NCBI RefSeq assembly: GCF_009914755.1
Contig: NC_060927.1
Strand: one strand, 5' to 3'
DNA from: the human T2T-CHM13v2.0 reference genome, Homo sapiens
DNA length: 64,000 bases
Position 1 is the stretch's first letter. Each line of letters starts with the position of its first letter. Positions 32,695-47,410 of the stretch are shown piece by piece. The notes beneath the pieces were generated by a model, which saw only the letters and a list, made by a program, of their open reading frames with translations, was not told the DNA's origin and did no database searches. The translations under genes and the position numbers were made by a program.

Positions 32695-33848
32695 GTAAGT
32701 GGCACTCTTTTAAAAAATTCTAGGAGATGTGTGGTTGAAGAGGAAAGAGGAGGAGAGGTATACAGTCTCAGGACCAAGATGGCAGTGTGGGTTGGAGGTA
32801 CCGTCTGGGTTGGGGTTTAAGGAAACATTCCAGAAGAGAAGGGAGCTGTCTCTACAACTCTCTCACCAGCAGTTGATGCCTTTATGCATGCACTGCCCCA
32901 AAGTTAACAAGACCCCTGATCTCCCATTGATCAAGCACCATTTTGGGAGAGTATTATAGGGGTCACATCACAAGTCATGACTGAAATTCCTGTCTTTTTA
33001 GTGTAGACAAATCAGGCTTGGTGTTTACAAAAGGAAGTTTACTAAAAACAAAACTTCGACCCCCTCCCCGACCCTCCATCCCCACGTGACGATACAAAAA
33101 GCATAGGGTTGACAAATGGTGTCACTAGGCTGATAGCTCTGGGTGAGCAGCAGTTGGGGACATGCAAACCTGGCATCCTTGTCAGAGTCTGTCAGAGCCT
33201 TCCCTCATCTCCAAAATAAATCAAGCATTGTTTTCATTGGTAGAATATTTTCTTTCCTCATTTCTCCCTGTCACTTCTTCTGTTGCCACCTGGGTCTCTA
33301 CCCCCCCCTCCCCCCCGCCGTCACTCATATCCCATAGTAGAAAGAAGCGGGGATTGAACAGGAGTCCTAAATTCTAAGCAGATTGTAGGTGGAGGGGCTG
33401 AAAGGCAACCTTTCCATTGAAGGTGTCATTCCCACTCTTTGGTCAGTGAAAACAGGTATGAAAACAGGCACCTCTTGCACAGGCTGCCACCTTGCACAAC
33501 TAGGAGATGCCAGTCATGCTGCATGCTATAGGAATGGCATATCTGGAACTCACCTGGTGAGAAACCCATCTGTGTGCTGGAAAATATATGGATCGTGTTT
33601 TCTTGAGACTCAGCCCCACTGCTCCTTTCCCTAAGTCCCTGGAGAATAAGTCTCATTTCTCCCTGATCCTCCAGAGATCAGGAAGAATACCTTGGAAAGA
33701 CTACCAAATGCATTTTCTCTGTGCTTTCAACCACATCTCGGGTGCACCATACCCAAAGGTACGCTACCCTATAAAATATTACCCAAGGATAAAAGCTTGA
33801 CAAAATGTGGGCCAAGTCCAGAGGAAACCACCAAGCACTGCAAAGCTA

Positions 33849-34361
<513 letters not shown>

Positions 34362-34667
34362 CTAGTGCTCCTCTTTCCCCATCTCACCAAAGCAGCCTGG
34401 TGTGAGGCTAAGCCAGAGACACACTGACTACCCTCTGCGTTTCTCTGCAGTGATCATTGACCACACACTGCAGGCTGCTACTCTCCTCAGCCTCACCAGG
34501 CCAGACTCTTTTCCAGGTCGGATTTCTCATCCAACCCTTTTCAGTCCGTGAAAGTCTTCACCAGCCCTCTCTTTGCCTGTGGATGTCCCAGCAGTGTGGC
34601 TGTAGTGCAGGAGCCCAACAGGACCTAGGTGCATATGGTCTTTAGTGTTTACTCCTGTATAAAAACT

Positions 34668-34790
34668 GGCCATGTGTGGTGGGTGGCCCAGTACTGTCAT
34701 CCCAGCACTTGGGAGGCTGAAGCGAGAGGATGGTTTGAGTCCAAGTGTTCAAGGCCAGCCTGGGCAAGATAGTGAGACCCCCATCTCTAT
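34668..34790 (+). mobile_element. FLAM monomer
   Basis: tcccagcacttgggaggctga...ccagcctgggcaagatagtgagacccc. Confidence 0.7.
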
Positions 34791-35177
34791 AAATGAATAA
34801 AATGAATGAATGGTGTCTTTGAAATTCCAGAACAAAAGTGCTTATCAGAATTCCCAGAATTGTGTGTTTGCTTGTGACCACTGAGATTCCTACCGATTCT
34901 TGCATCTGTTTGCCCCCACCTCTGCCTTTAATAGCACACCTTTACCTCTTGCCCTGGGAAATACAGTTTGCTGTGACTCATGAAAGCCTTGCTTGGTCAC
35001 CTGGGGCATCTCTAGACAAGGTGAGAATCAAGCTTACCTTGGATTTTAGAGGGGAATTTCTTGAAATATCAGAGCCATTCATAACTGAGGACATAACTGG
35101 AATATTTGGTCTCAATTTAAAAGTCCCCTTGAAATGACAAGTTAACAAACTAACCCCTTATGCCTTGGTTCTTTTAG

Positions 35178-35302
35178 GCGAAAGCTCTCCAGTAAATCAA
35201 AGAAGTGGAAATCAATATTTAACCTGGGACGTTCTGGATCAGACTCCAAATCAAAACTGAGTAGAAATGGGAGTGTATTTGTGAGAGGACAGAGGCTCTC
35301 GG
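35178..35302 (+). CDS. ARHGAP31: ARHGAP31 exon 8 (basic region, SKSKK motif)
   Basis: cttttag|G acceptor and G|gtaag donor; 125 nt encoding RKLSSKSKKWKSIFNLGRSGSDSKSKLSRNGSVFVRGQRLS. SKSKK is the reported intersectin SH3D-binding motif of CdGAP. Confidence 0.95.
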
Positions 35303-35439
35303 GTAAGAATCAACAGCAATTGTTTTATGATACAAATATTTGTTTCCTAACTCTGCTTATTAAGTCTTTGGTTTGATCATATCAAACACACTAGCTCTGA
35401 AAGAGAAACTTATAAATTAACTAGGGGAAGAGGAGTCTT

Positions 35440-36840
35440 TTTTCAAAACATTTTAGACTTACCAAAAAAATTGCAAAAATAGTACACAGAGAACCTGTAT
35501 ACCCTTCATGCAGCTTCTCCCAATGTTAACATCTTATATAAGTTATCAAAGCCAAAAATTAATATTGATACAATACTCCTAATGAATTTGCAGATCTTAT
35601 TCACATTTGGCCAGCTGTCCCACTACTGTTCTTTTTCTGGTCTAGGATCCAATCCAGGATCTCACGCTACATTTGGTTGTCATGTTTCCTTAACCTCTGC
35701 CAATCTAGGACAATTCCTCCATCTTTTTGACCGTGATAACTTGGAAGAGTACTGGCCATTTGTTTAGTAGAATATACCTCAGGGAGAGTTTGTCCAGTGT
35801 TTTCTCATGGTTAAACTGAGGTTAGGAATTTTTGCAGAAATCCTACAGAAGTGATCCTGTGCCAGACTCAGTGTGTTATATTAGGAGGTACATGATGTCA
35901 ATATCTTATTGCGTGTGAAGAGAACTGTGATCCCTTGGTTAAAGTGCTCTTTGTCATGAATTTTAGGATCCTCTGATGGTTCTTGGATGTAACAATTATT
36001 CCTATGGCATTTGCTAAATGATGATTTTCTATTAATTGGAATTCTGCTGAAAAGACCTGTCCCTTCTCCCCCAGGGTCGTGATTTTTAAAGAAGGATGCT
36101 ACCCCATGGGACTTATTTCTGAGTAGTGCATAGAAATTGATACAGGAAGGAACTGAGGGAACCATATATAGTGGGGAATTTAACCAATGCAGCTGAATAT
36201 TATGTCAGGAAAGAGAAGACCAAGGAAATTTTTCATAATGATCTTTAGTGTTATAGATTGAAAGTATGATAAAAATGGAGGCAATAGTTATGAAACCAAG
36301 GTGTAAAAGAGAAATGTACAAATGCAGTGAGCAAACTTTGACTGGATCCTGGAAAAAAAACCAAAAAAACAAAAAAAAGAGCTGACCGAGCACAGTGGTT
36401 CGTGCCTGTAATCCCAACACTTTGGGAAGCTGAGGTGGGCAGATCACTTGAGCCCAGGAGTTCGAGACCAGCCTGAGGAACATAGCAAAACCACATCTCT
36501 AAAAAACAAAAATAAGAAAAAACAACAAAAGACAATTTGGGGAACAAAGAGGGAAAATGTGGATATAGAAGATATTAAATGATATTAAGGAATTATAAAT
36601 TTTCATAGTATGCTAATGGTTCTTAGGAGACATATACTAAAACTAAAGTATTCAAGGATGAAGCAGCAAAATATTGACACTTTAAAATAACTAGCAAATT
36701 ATAGGTAGGTAGATAAATATCAATATAGAAATAGATAATGCAAATATATGGCAAAATGTCAATAATTATCAAAACTAAGGTGGTAAGTTTAAGGGTGGTA
36801 GGTTTCTAAATGTTTGAAATTTTTAATAGAGATTTGGGGG
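35440..36840. mobile_element. Old L1 (L1MC/ME-like) 3' fragments with a sense FLAM (~36380-36520)
   Basis: caatgttaacatctta, caggatctcacgctacatttggttgtcatg and actggatcctggaa...gacaatttggggaac. Confidence 0.6.
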
Positions 36841-39579
36841 AAAATTAATTCCTATAGGAAATATGTGAGATAATATTTTTAACGACTTTCCTCAAACCCG
36901 GTGATAATCACATGCCAAGGATCAGGAAGTCCAGATGTTAGAAACCTTCGTGTTTGCCTGTTAGAGTAAGGAGGGGTGTCACAGTACAGCAGTTACAACG
37001 ATTTAGGCTGTAAATAATGGCAAATCAATTCAATCAACTTATGCAGTGAGGGAATTTACTGGCTTCTGCAGTTGAACACCCTGATAGAGGGAAGGCTTCA
37101 GGGGGTTTAATACAGGGGCTCTGTCATGATTTCTCCATGTTTTCCCCAGCTGTCCCAGCTGTGTCCCCCTTTGGGTCAGCTTCATCCCCAGACTGGCTTC
37201 CTTTGCTGTGGCAAAGTGGCTGTAGTAGTTCTAGGCTTTCCCTCTGACTATCCCACTAGGTCCAGAGGGAGAAAGAACATTTCTGGTAGCTTGCTCCTAA
37301 GAGCAGGGACCCTTCTTTTCCAGAAGGCCTCATCAAAATTCCCCTTGTCTCGGTATCCTTCACTGAGCCACATGGTTCGGTCCCTGTTGTCAATGGTGTG
37401 CCTTGTGCTGATTGGCTTCAGCCTGGGATCCTGAGCCAACCCCTTGCATGAGGAATGGGACTTACACCCAAGAAGTACAAGAGCTATGTGCGAAGGGCAG
37501 AAGGGAAATGGATTCTGGGTCTGCATCTGTAATCATCGTATGGCAAAACTCAGCTTACACAAAATGGAAAGATAGCCTGAATGAAGAGGACAGGTTGCCA
37601 CAAGTATGGCAAGACAGATGCAAATCAGAAAATAGGATTCTTAAGGGAGAAACTGGGGAGAAGAGTACCTGACCAGAAACTCCTAATCTATGAAAAGAGA
37701 TTTGCTTAAGCACGTCAAAGAGAGAATTTCAGTTGCAGAATCAGTGGTACAGCCATGAAAGAGGTTCACCAGTAATGAAAAGTCAAAAAATAACAAAACA
37801 AAACAACAAAAAGGAAATAAGTGGTTTGCTTTGATCTTAGGAAGATTTCCACCCCCATGTGGTTTTCAAAAAGAACAATTCCCAGGCACTGGATCAAATG
37901 TTGGTAAACTCACAGGCCAGGGCTTCTCACACCTGGACCTCAGAATCGCCCACAGAGTGGATCACACCATAGCAATTTTGCCTCAGAAGTTCTGTGGTGA
38001 GGTCTGAGTATTGGTAATTTTCTAAAAGCTCCCCAGGTGATTCTGATATGCAGTCAGTGTTGAAAGTCACTGGCTTATGATCTTATGAACAAACTAATCA
38101 GATCTTCACTAACTGGATGCAGCGGTGAAATTCAAGAACTGTCAGTGTCAATATAAGTGGCTCCCTGTGGCCTTAACTATTGCCTGAAGTGGTTTCTTTT
38201 TACCAGAAGAATATTGCTGGCAACTCTGGAAAATAAAGACCAATAGGCTTTATGGTCATAACTTTAGTGGAATCTGTGATTAAAGTTAGGCCATTGAACC
38301 CTGTAACAAATGTAATCCACCAGTGTGGTCTCTGTAAGTGGCACGTGAGCTTGCTGTTGAAATATGCATGTGAAAAGGGGAACCAGTGGATTAACATATG
38401 TAAATATATGCTTTAAAATTCCATAAATAAAGACATTTAAAAAATTAATTCACTATGAATAGTATTGGGATTGTTTTGGGTGGGGAGGAGTTGGTGAGGG
38501 GGTGTTTAACCATATCTAGAAAATGAAACAGGTAAGAAATAAAGTATAGGAAAAAATGGAGAACTGAATTAAGATGCACAAACTTTAGAGCCTTCCAGAT
38601 ATGTGTATTTTAATTGATTCCATTTAAGTTTTTTGTACATTATTAAAGAGAAAGAAGAGTTCAGAGAACCCTCCAAAATGAACTGTGAGCAGAGAAATCT
38701 CAAAGCCATACAGCTATAGCAGGTCCAGGCTCACCTCTGAGTAACGCAGCTAAGAGAGGAGGACTCAAGGACACAAAGGCTGCCAGAAAACTGGGGAGTA
38801 CACCTCTGTGAGGCCAGGCCAAGGTCCCAGACAGAAACATGTAATATAAATATAGTCATAGGCCACAGGAGCCTGAGCTCTTAGTTAATCTCCAGAAAGG
38901 AGGGCAGGGAATGCTTGGGGACTGTCCACCAAGCCACATCTCTGATGTGCTGCTGTGCTCCGCAAGGCCACAAGGAACTGCATCATGAGAAAGAGGCTTC
39001 AACACCAAAGGTGGACACCGATGGACCTACAGACAGAGCTGCTACCCGGCCTCTGTGACACAGTCAGGGGCGCCTGGTCACTGCCTATCAAGGTTGACAT
39101 GTGGAAACCAGAGAAATTCCAGAAATACAGCTCCTGGAAAACAAAGGCAGTGCATGTCCTAGAATACACAAACAAAGGGATGCTGACCAGGTAGTTTCAG
39201 GGCAGTAAATCAATTTATAGATTTGTGGAAATAGCAGATCTTCAAAGGATAAGAATTCTGGGGCACATTGGAAGTGAGGAGGTGAAAGGCAATCTCTGCC
39301 TTTGCAAAGGATTTGCATGGAGGTGGCTGGGCGTCCCACAGTGGGCCCCAGAAAGAGAGAAGCCTCAAGCTGGGAGACCAAGGGGCTAATTCAGAACCTC
39401 CCAGAAGGAGCAGGTTTGGATCAAGGAGGAAGAACAGGGGAACTTTAAACAAGAGACAAAAACAAGCTTGAGTTACAGCTCAATTTTGGTTAAAGCCAAC
39501 TCTAACTGCTTCTCATAGAACCTTCTCCTGTCTTCCCTTTTGTTGCTGAGCCCTGATCCATCCTGAATAGCAGCAACAA

Positions 39580-40100
39580 CAATCAATAATTATTACTTTT
39601 TAATGGGTACTTACTCTATTGCAGATTAGTACAATATAATTACCTTATAGCCATTACCCATTTAATCCTCACAACAACTCTATTTTTTCTCATTTTACAC
39701 ATGATAAAACTGGAGTTTAGTTTAGCTGTCACTTTGGGAGGCCAAGGCAGAAGGATTGCTTGAGTCTAGGAGTTTGAGACCAGCCTGGGCAACACAGTGA
39801 GACCCTGTTTCTAAAAAATTTTTTTAAATTAGCCAGGTTTGTTGGTGTGTGCCTATAGTCCTAGCTACTCCAGAAGCTAGGGCAGGAAGATTGCTTGAAC
39901 CCAGGAGGTTGAGGCTGTAGTGAGCTTATGATCACTCTACCACACTCCAGCCTGGGCAACAGAATAAGACCCTGTCTTAAAAAAATAAATAAATAAAAAT
40001 AAATTTAAAAAAATGTTTAGCTGCTTGTCTGAGGTCACACAGCCCAAAAGCGGCAGAGCTGGAATTCAAACCCAGATGTTTCTGAATTCAGAGTTACCTT
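39580..40100. mobile_element. MIR interrupted by a 5'-truncated sense AluJ (39730-40012)
   Basis: catttaatcctcacaacaactc...|Alu|...gaggtcacacagc...ggaattcaaacccag; TSD tttagctg. Confidence 0.8.
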
Positions 40101-40909
40101 AAGGGCTACTAGTCCTGGGCCTCCTGCTTCCAAGTGCCCTCTTTCCCCTCCTGACAAGCTCGACCTAGAAGGAACTACCTTTCAGCCAGTTCTGTTCCCT
40201 GAAAAGAGATGGTGTTTGTGAATGCATCTATGTAATGCTATGCCTGGAATAAATTTTTACTCATTTAAACCACACTCTTCCAAAAAGCTGCTAAGGTGGC
40301 TTACAAAGATGCATGGTGCATACCCAGTCACAGAGTAAGTGTGCAAAAAAGGTTTTACTGGAATCTGTTCAGGGTGAAGCTAATGGGTGAGATCACTGGG
40401 GAGCACCCAGCCTGCAGGCCTCAAGGAACAGAGCTGCATCCAGCAGAAACCTAACTCCAATTCCCTTGGGCCCTCTCACCTGCTGTACCAAATTTGCAGT
40501 AGCTGAGATGTGGTCTCAGCTCTCTGGTCTCTGGCCTGCTGAATACGAAGAATGCCCTGGAGCCTCATGGATTCTACCCCTGGATTCATCCTTGAATACT
40601 TTTTGTAAAGTAAAATTGAGCTCAGGAGTCCTCATTTGCTATGAGCTATTTGACAAAATTGCAATTTACCTTTATTGTAAAATATTAATAAAACTTTGAT
40701 CTATAACTGCCCTGAGTTTATTAGGTCTGTCGCATTAAGAAAGTAGGAACATCTAGGGTGGAGTAGAGGAATGTTTCCAAGGGGATCAATTATACTTGAA
40801 AAACTTTCCTAAAGAATTTTGTCTTGGGTACTTAAACAGCCTGACCTATTTTTCTGAATGCTTTCTGTTAATATGCATTCATCAAGGATATTTTTTCTTT
40901 TGTCTTTAG

Positions 40910-40972
40910 TGGAAAAGGCTACTATCCGACCAGCTAAAAGCATGGACTCACTATGTTCAGTGCCTGTGGAAG
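40910..40972 (+). CDS. ARHGAP31: ARHGAP31 exon 9 (63 nt, symmetric phase 1-1)
   Basis: tctttag|TG acceptor and G|gtaag donor; encodes (V)EKATIRPAKSMDSLCSVPVE. Confidence 0.95.
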
Positions 40973-41829
40973 GTAAGATTTTACAAGTAGTTTCTGAGTT
41001 GGAGATTACAACTAGGAGGCTGGAGCTCACTTGCCTTTATAAGCTGTCATGCCTGCTTCTCTATAGTCACAGTCACACACAACTACCTAGTCCCAAATCC
41101 CTCACTGACCCTACCCTAACTCAAGGGGTTCACATAGCCCCATAACCTCCCCTACCTTACTCCAGGGCTAGGCCTAAAGAGCCATCCTCTTTGCCCATCC
41201 TTCCTCTAGCCACAGCTGAAGTCCATGGCTACTTTTCATTCAAACCTGAACCAGGTAAAAGGTCAACACCTGAAACCTAAGGCAGAAGAGTCTTCCCCTT
41301 TGGGCAGAAAGAAAGAGCCAAGCATTGGTTTATGCCCTATGGTTTTATGCCTAGAGGCCTATGTATCTTGAACTTGGCTGTTTCCATATGCTTTCGCTTC
41401 CTAGTTTTTGTGTCAAGTCATGATTTTCAGTTGGTAGGTTCATTCATGTATCTATTTATTCATTCATTTATTATGTATCATTAAACATTAATTAGGCACC
41501 AGCTATGTATCAGCCATGTGCAAACCACAATATCCTTTGTTGGAGTAGACGTGTATACAGTTGCACATGAGGTAACACCGACCACCAAAATAACACATAA
41601 CATTTGTTCTCACAGCTGTATCCTTCAGGGCTGACTTGCCTGTATCTCTCTCTTCTATTTCTGTTAAGTAACCAACAAGCACCATTACAAATTACAAGGC
41701 AAAGGACTTGTCTGGCAACAGACTGTTAAAACTCCCCTATACTTATCCCATGACTTTCCAGCCCCTTTAATACAAGACATTTTTCTCTTTCAAAAATGGG
41801 TCAGACCAAAACAATACAGAAAATCTTTA

Positions 41830-42180
<351 letters not shown>

Positions 42181-42598
42181 TAATTCTAAACCTGTATAAC
42201 ACTCAGTGAGATCTTCTTAAGTTAACTCGATACTTTCAGCATTTTCTTACTTTTATATTCATCTATTTGCTTTGGTTTGGAAACTTCTTGGCAGTTATTG
42301 CCCAGTTTTGCAGGAGTTAATATTTCAACATATAGGTTTTTATATACATGGCATGTGAGTATTAGGTCATCTAACTGCTGAGTCTCGATGTCCTCATGTG
42401 TTAAAGATCATTACACTTCCTTACAGGGTGGTCATAAGAATTTTAAGCATACAGTTATGTAAGATGCCCAGTTTAGTGCTTAGTACCAAGTTAGAAATTA
42501 TTTTCTAGATTCCTGGCAACTCGCGTATCATCTCCAAGCTTATTTACTTCCCACGTAGGCTTTTCTCTTCCTTGCCTTTATTTCTAAGTCAAGAACTT

Positions 42599-42898
42599 GG
42601 TCTGGGCATAGTGGCTCATGCCTGTCATCCCAGCACTTTGGGAGGCCGAGGCAGGCAGATCACCTGAGGTCAGGAGTTCAAGACCAGCCTGGCCAACATG
42701 GTGAGATCTCCTCTCTACTAAAAATACAAAAATTAGCCGGGCGCGGTGGCAGGTGCCTGTAATCCCAGCTACTCAGGAGGTTGAGGCAGGAGAATCACTT
42801 CAACCCGGGAGGTGGAGGTTGCAGTGAGCCGAGATCACGACACTGCACTCCAGCCTGGGCGACAGAGCTGTACTCCATCTCAAAAAAAAAAAAAAAAA
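42599..42898 (+). mobile_element. Alu (Sx-like)
   Basis: Full dimer + poly-A. Confidence 0.92.
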
Positions 42899-43532
42899 TT
42901 CACTCCTCACAACTGTGCTTTCTAACAGTTAGTTAATTTACATTTCTAGTTTCTCATCCTCTGAATCAACAGGAAGAAGCCTGAGAAAAGGTGGGGAAGG
43001 TCTAGTTGTTAATAGCATTTGTTTCCTTGCTGGGAAATCAAACCCCCCTGTCTGGGTCCATCTGCCAGAGAAAACTTAAAACAAAAAGTTTTAAAGTTCT
43101 AAAATAAGACAAGATTCTGTTTATTTTTCCTTTTTGTCTTCTTCATTTTGAGCAAACATCATCCTACCGCCTCCCATCTGTCTCTTTATTTTTTCATGGT
43201 CTACATTTAATGCCTAGTAGATGATGGCTCTGTTTAGCAACTTTAGCAGTAATCTTTTTTTGAAAACTGCTCTACCTGCAAAGTTTAAAAGTGATCTGTA
43301 TGGCACAACAGCAAATGAACCTACCAAAGCATCATGCTGAAATTCTGTGCATATGAGGAAGTGCTTTCTCTTTTGTCATCCAGATGTTACCTGTCTTTAT
43401 CTGGGCGGTTATGCCCCTGTTAGAATGCTGTGCCTCTCTAGTATTCAAATGTCGTGTGCCTGCCCTTACTGGAAGGCCTGCTATTGTATGTGTGCCCCGG
43501 CTGCTGACCATACACTTGTTCCTTTTTACTAG

Positions 43533-44108
43533 GAAAAGAAACCAAGGGAAATTTCAATCGAACAGTTACCACCGGTGGATTTTTCATTCCAGCAACAAAG
43601 ATGCACTCCACCGGCACCGGCAGCTCATGTGACCTCACCAAGCAGGAGGGCGAATGGGGCCAGGAGGGGATGCCTCCCGGGGCTGAGGGTGGCTTTGATG
43701 TGAGCAGTGATCGCAGCCATCTCCAGGGCGCTCAGGCCCGGCCCCCACCGGAACAGCTGAAGGTTTTCCGGCCTGTTGAGGATCCGGAGAGCGAGCAAAC
43801 AGCCCCAAAGATGTTGGGTATGTTCTACACTTCGAACGACAGCCCTAGCAAATCCGTCTTCACCAGCAGCCTCTTCCAGATGGAGCCCTCGCCGCGTAAC
43901 CAGCGCAAGGCGCTGAACATCTCCGAGCCCTTTGCGGTATCTGTGCCGCTCCGCGTGTCCGCAGTCATCAGCACCAACAGCACGCCGTGCAGAACACCCC
44001 CGAAGGAGCTGCAGTCTCTTTCCAGCCTGGAAGAGTTTTCTTTTCATGGATCAGAGAGCGGAGGCTGGCCAGAAGAAGAGAAACCGCTGGGAGCTGAGAC
44101 TTCTGCAG
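43533..44108 (+). CDS. ARHGAP31: ARHGAP31 exon 10 (576 nt, phase 1-1)
   Basis: tttttactag|GA acceptor and G|gtaagt donor; encodes (G)KETKGNFNRTVTTGGFFIPATKMHSTG...PLGAETSA; matches ORF 43601..44116. Confidence 0.96.
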
Positions 44109-44184
44109 GTAAGTAGAGGAGAGAGGGTATCTTTCCGTTGCAAGAGAGAAAAACCAGACTTAAATTTGCTTGAGTTTGCAAGGC

Positions 44185-44430
44185 AATATAGTGCGGTGGT
44201 TAAGCCTGTGGGCTCTAGAGCCCGATTGGGTACAAATCCACGCTCTGCCATTTTACTGCGTGATCTTCAGCAGGTTAATGTAACCACTCTGTGCCTCGGT
44301 TTCTTAATCTGTAAAATGGGAATAATTATGTTAATAATACCTTTTTCATAAGTTTGTTGTAAATATTAAATTATTTAATACATATGAAGCTCTCAGAACA
44401 GTGTCTACATACAATAAGTATATAATAAAT
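44185..44430 (+). mobile_element. MIR
   Basis: gtggttaag...ctctgtgcctcggtttcttaatctgtaaaatggg. Confidence 0.8.
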
Positions 44431-46949
44431 ATTACCTATTATTATTTTATTTGCTCACAGAGTGAGAAGGCAGGAGAAAAACTCACAGAATGGAATGCAG
44501 AGCTGCAGAGCTGGAATTGGGGATTCAGTTCTTCCAGTCTCCTTCTCTTTCCATCCACCCATCCTTATTTCTACTTTATATTTGCAGACAACATGGCTAG
44601 CAACCCTAGCAACGAGAAAGAGCATCCCTCTCCCAATTTTCTGATATCAAATGCAGGAAGGATTCTGATTGGATCTGCCTGAGTCCCATGCCCAGCCTTG
44701 GACCAATCACTGTTTCCAGCTAATTGGGTTCTGAGATTGGCCAGACTTGAGTCTCTGGGTGTGTCTGGAGTGAAGAGAGTTTCTTTAATTAACAAGCAAA
44801 CATGGGCCACATAAAATGGAAGCAGGGAGAACCCCAAAGGAAAGGGTGGCTGACAATCAAACCAACAAATGTTTATTGTGATTTAGGAATGTTTCTTTTC
44901 CGTTAATATTAGTCATTTTCAGCACCTATTAGGTTGTCAGGCACTCTCCTAAGTGTCCTGCAAATATTATCTCATTTCTCCCCTCTATCCTATGATATAG
45001 ATAGTCACTATTATCCCCATTTCCTTAAAGAGGAATGGTTTATTTGCTGAATCACTCATAGCAAGGAAGTGGAAACACCAGGATTTTAATCCAGACTTTA
45101 AAAAAATCCATGCTTGTAACACTATACCACGCTCCCTCCTGTGTTCACTATGGGCTGTGGAGTTAAAAGATTGTTAAGACATGATCCCTTCCCCACAGTG
45201 AGCTCAAAAACTAAGAAGGGAAATTGAAACTCTGCACTGAAGTTCAGCACAGGGTCAGCCTATGGAAGCAGCATAAGAGCCTCCTCAGGATTTTTGGAAT
45301 TAGGGAGGGGTTAGGTACCCAAAGCATCATGAAAGAGGTGTTCCTAACAGATGGCAAGGGCATGAAGGAGAGACAGTCCTCTCAGGAGGATTCCAGGAAG
45401 ATTTAGAAGAGGTGACATTTGGACTGAGCCTTCATAAATGGGTAGGGTTTCTCCATGCAGAAAAGAAGAGAAAGGGCATTCTGAGCAGCTACATGTTGTG
45501 GGAAGTATGTAGGTTTTGGAACCCAACTGGGCTGATTCGGATGCTAGCTTTACTGCTTTTTGTCAGTTTGGCAGTGGGAAATTTTGGAGCCTGTTTCTCA
45601 TCTGCAAAGCTGGGGAGACTCCTATCCCAAAGGCTGTAGTGAGGTCTGAATGGGAAAATGTCCATAAAATACCTGTCCATAGTTTGGCTCACAGAAGATG
45701 TGAGTAAATATTAGTCCCTTCCTCCCATTTCCTTTCAGGATGGGTACGCAGATGAGCAAATCTCGGGGTATCAAGTGATGCCTTGTCTGGAAAACGATGT
45801 CATGGGCTGGTGTGGGTCATGGGCAGCAAGATGTCATGGGCAGCAGGATGAGGGATAGGGGAGGGAGTGAAGGCTTTGAGGAAAACAGTGTTTCCAAAGG
45901 CTTTTGTGAGATTTGTTATCCTCTCTGGAAGAATAGGTCTCTGGGCCCCATGGGGTCTTTTAGAGACAGTCTGTTATCCGTTTTTCCCCCTCTCTCCTCT
46001 CTATAAATAAGAATACACATTTTGTATTAAGTTGGTCTGGGAAAGACACTAATGGAGACTCCAGCCTGCCTTCCTACCTGTGGCCAATGGGCAGTCAGGG
46101 CAGAAAGAGGGGCCTTGTGGAAGGCAGCCATCCAGATCTGAGACTGAGGGTGGAAGGGGGCTGCTGAGAGGCTCAGGGGCAACAGGTCCCCTCACCCTGC
46201 TCTCTGACGGGGTGAGGTTAACTTCAGTGTCTTATCTTCTTCCATGATTATTCCATGTGGAGAACTTCACCTTCATTAATTAAATATTTTTCTTTCTGTT
46301 GTGCAGTAGCAGGGGGCAAAAGAAAAAGAATTAAAGGCAATTTTCCAGGTTACCCAATTAAACTTTTAGTTGCTCTGGTCAAACCAACTCTCCCACTTTT
46401 GGCCAATCTAAGTGAAATTCCAGTGTGACCCAAAGCGTAGAGATACCGAGTAAGTAGTGCATTTTAACTAAAGTTAAATGATTGTAAATACTGATTACTC
46501 TGAATGAAAAAATTGAAGGATTAATCAATGTAATCATCATGGTTGATTATCTGACTTTTACCTGATTCAAGAGCATGTCCTGCTAACCTCATCCTCAGCT
46601 GGTGGGGAGAAAGGACAACAAACCGAATCCTTCTGAAAGTGAAGGATGAGCTTATGGGCTGGTTTAAAAATTACAACCGACACTCTCTGCATCCCCTTCT
46701 AGAAACGCTTGTTAAGGAAGATCAGAATAAACATATAGCTTTACAGAAACTTGATAAATGAAAATCCAGAATTTCCCTAAGAGATATTAGGAGTTGCCCC
46801 ATTCTTTTACTAAAGAACTTACAATAGAATTCTCTTAGTTCTATTTTAGTGCATCTGAAATATGATTCTATAACACCTACAAAAATTTGTTTTGCCCTAT
46901 TTTTTTTAATCAGGAGCAAGCCTACCTTATAAACTCATTAGTTGATTCT

Positions 46950-47410
46950 ATTAGTTAAGGTACAGGCTAAGCTGCTATAATATAGAAAATAAAAAATACA
47001 GCGGCTCAAACAAGATAGAAGTTTATTTCTATCTTACACACAAGTCCAGAATAAGGTGACTGTGATGCAGGAGATCTGAGGTTCCAGGCTCCTTCAGCCA
47101 TACCCAGGGGTGTTGTCCTTGTCTGCATGGTCAGAGTAGGCTCACCCCCACAGTCACATTCCCACCCATGGGAAAGGGCTAGAGGAAGAAGCCAAGCAGC
47201 TTCCACTTAAGGATGTCACCTAGAAGCTGCACACATCGTTTCCACTGCCTCCCATCTGCCAAACATATTTCACATAGCCACACTACCCTCAGGAGGCTGA
47301 GGAATGTCACTAGATGGAAAACCATGTGCCCAGCTAAAACCTGGGGGGTGGGGGAGGTTCTAGCTCCAAATAAAGAAGAGGATAGATATTGGGCAACGAT
47401 TATCAATCTC
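46950..47410 (-). mobile_element. Old MLT1 (J/K-like) LTR
   Basis: aagctgctataa...ggctcaaacaagatagaagtttatttct...ggaggctgaggaatgt...gatagatattgggc. Confidence 0.6.
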
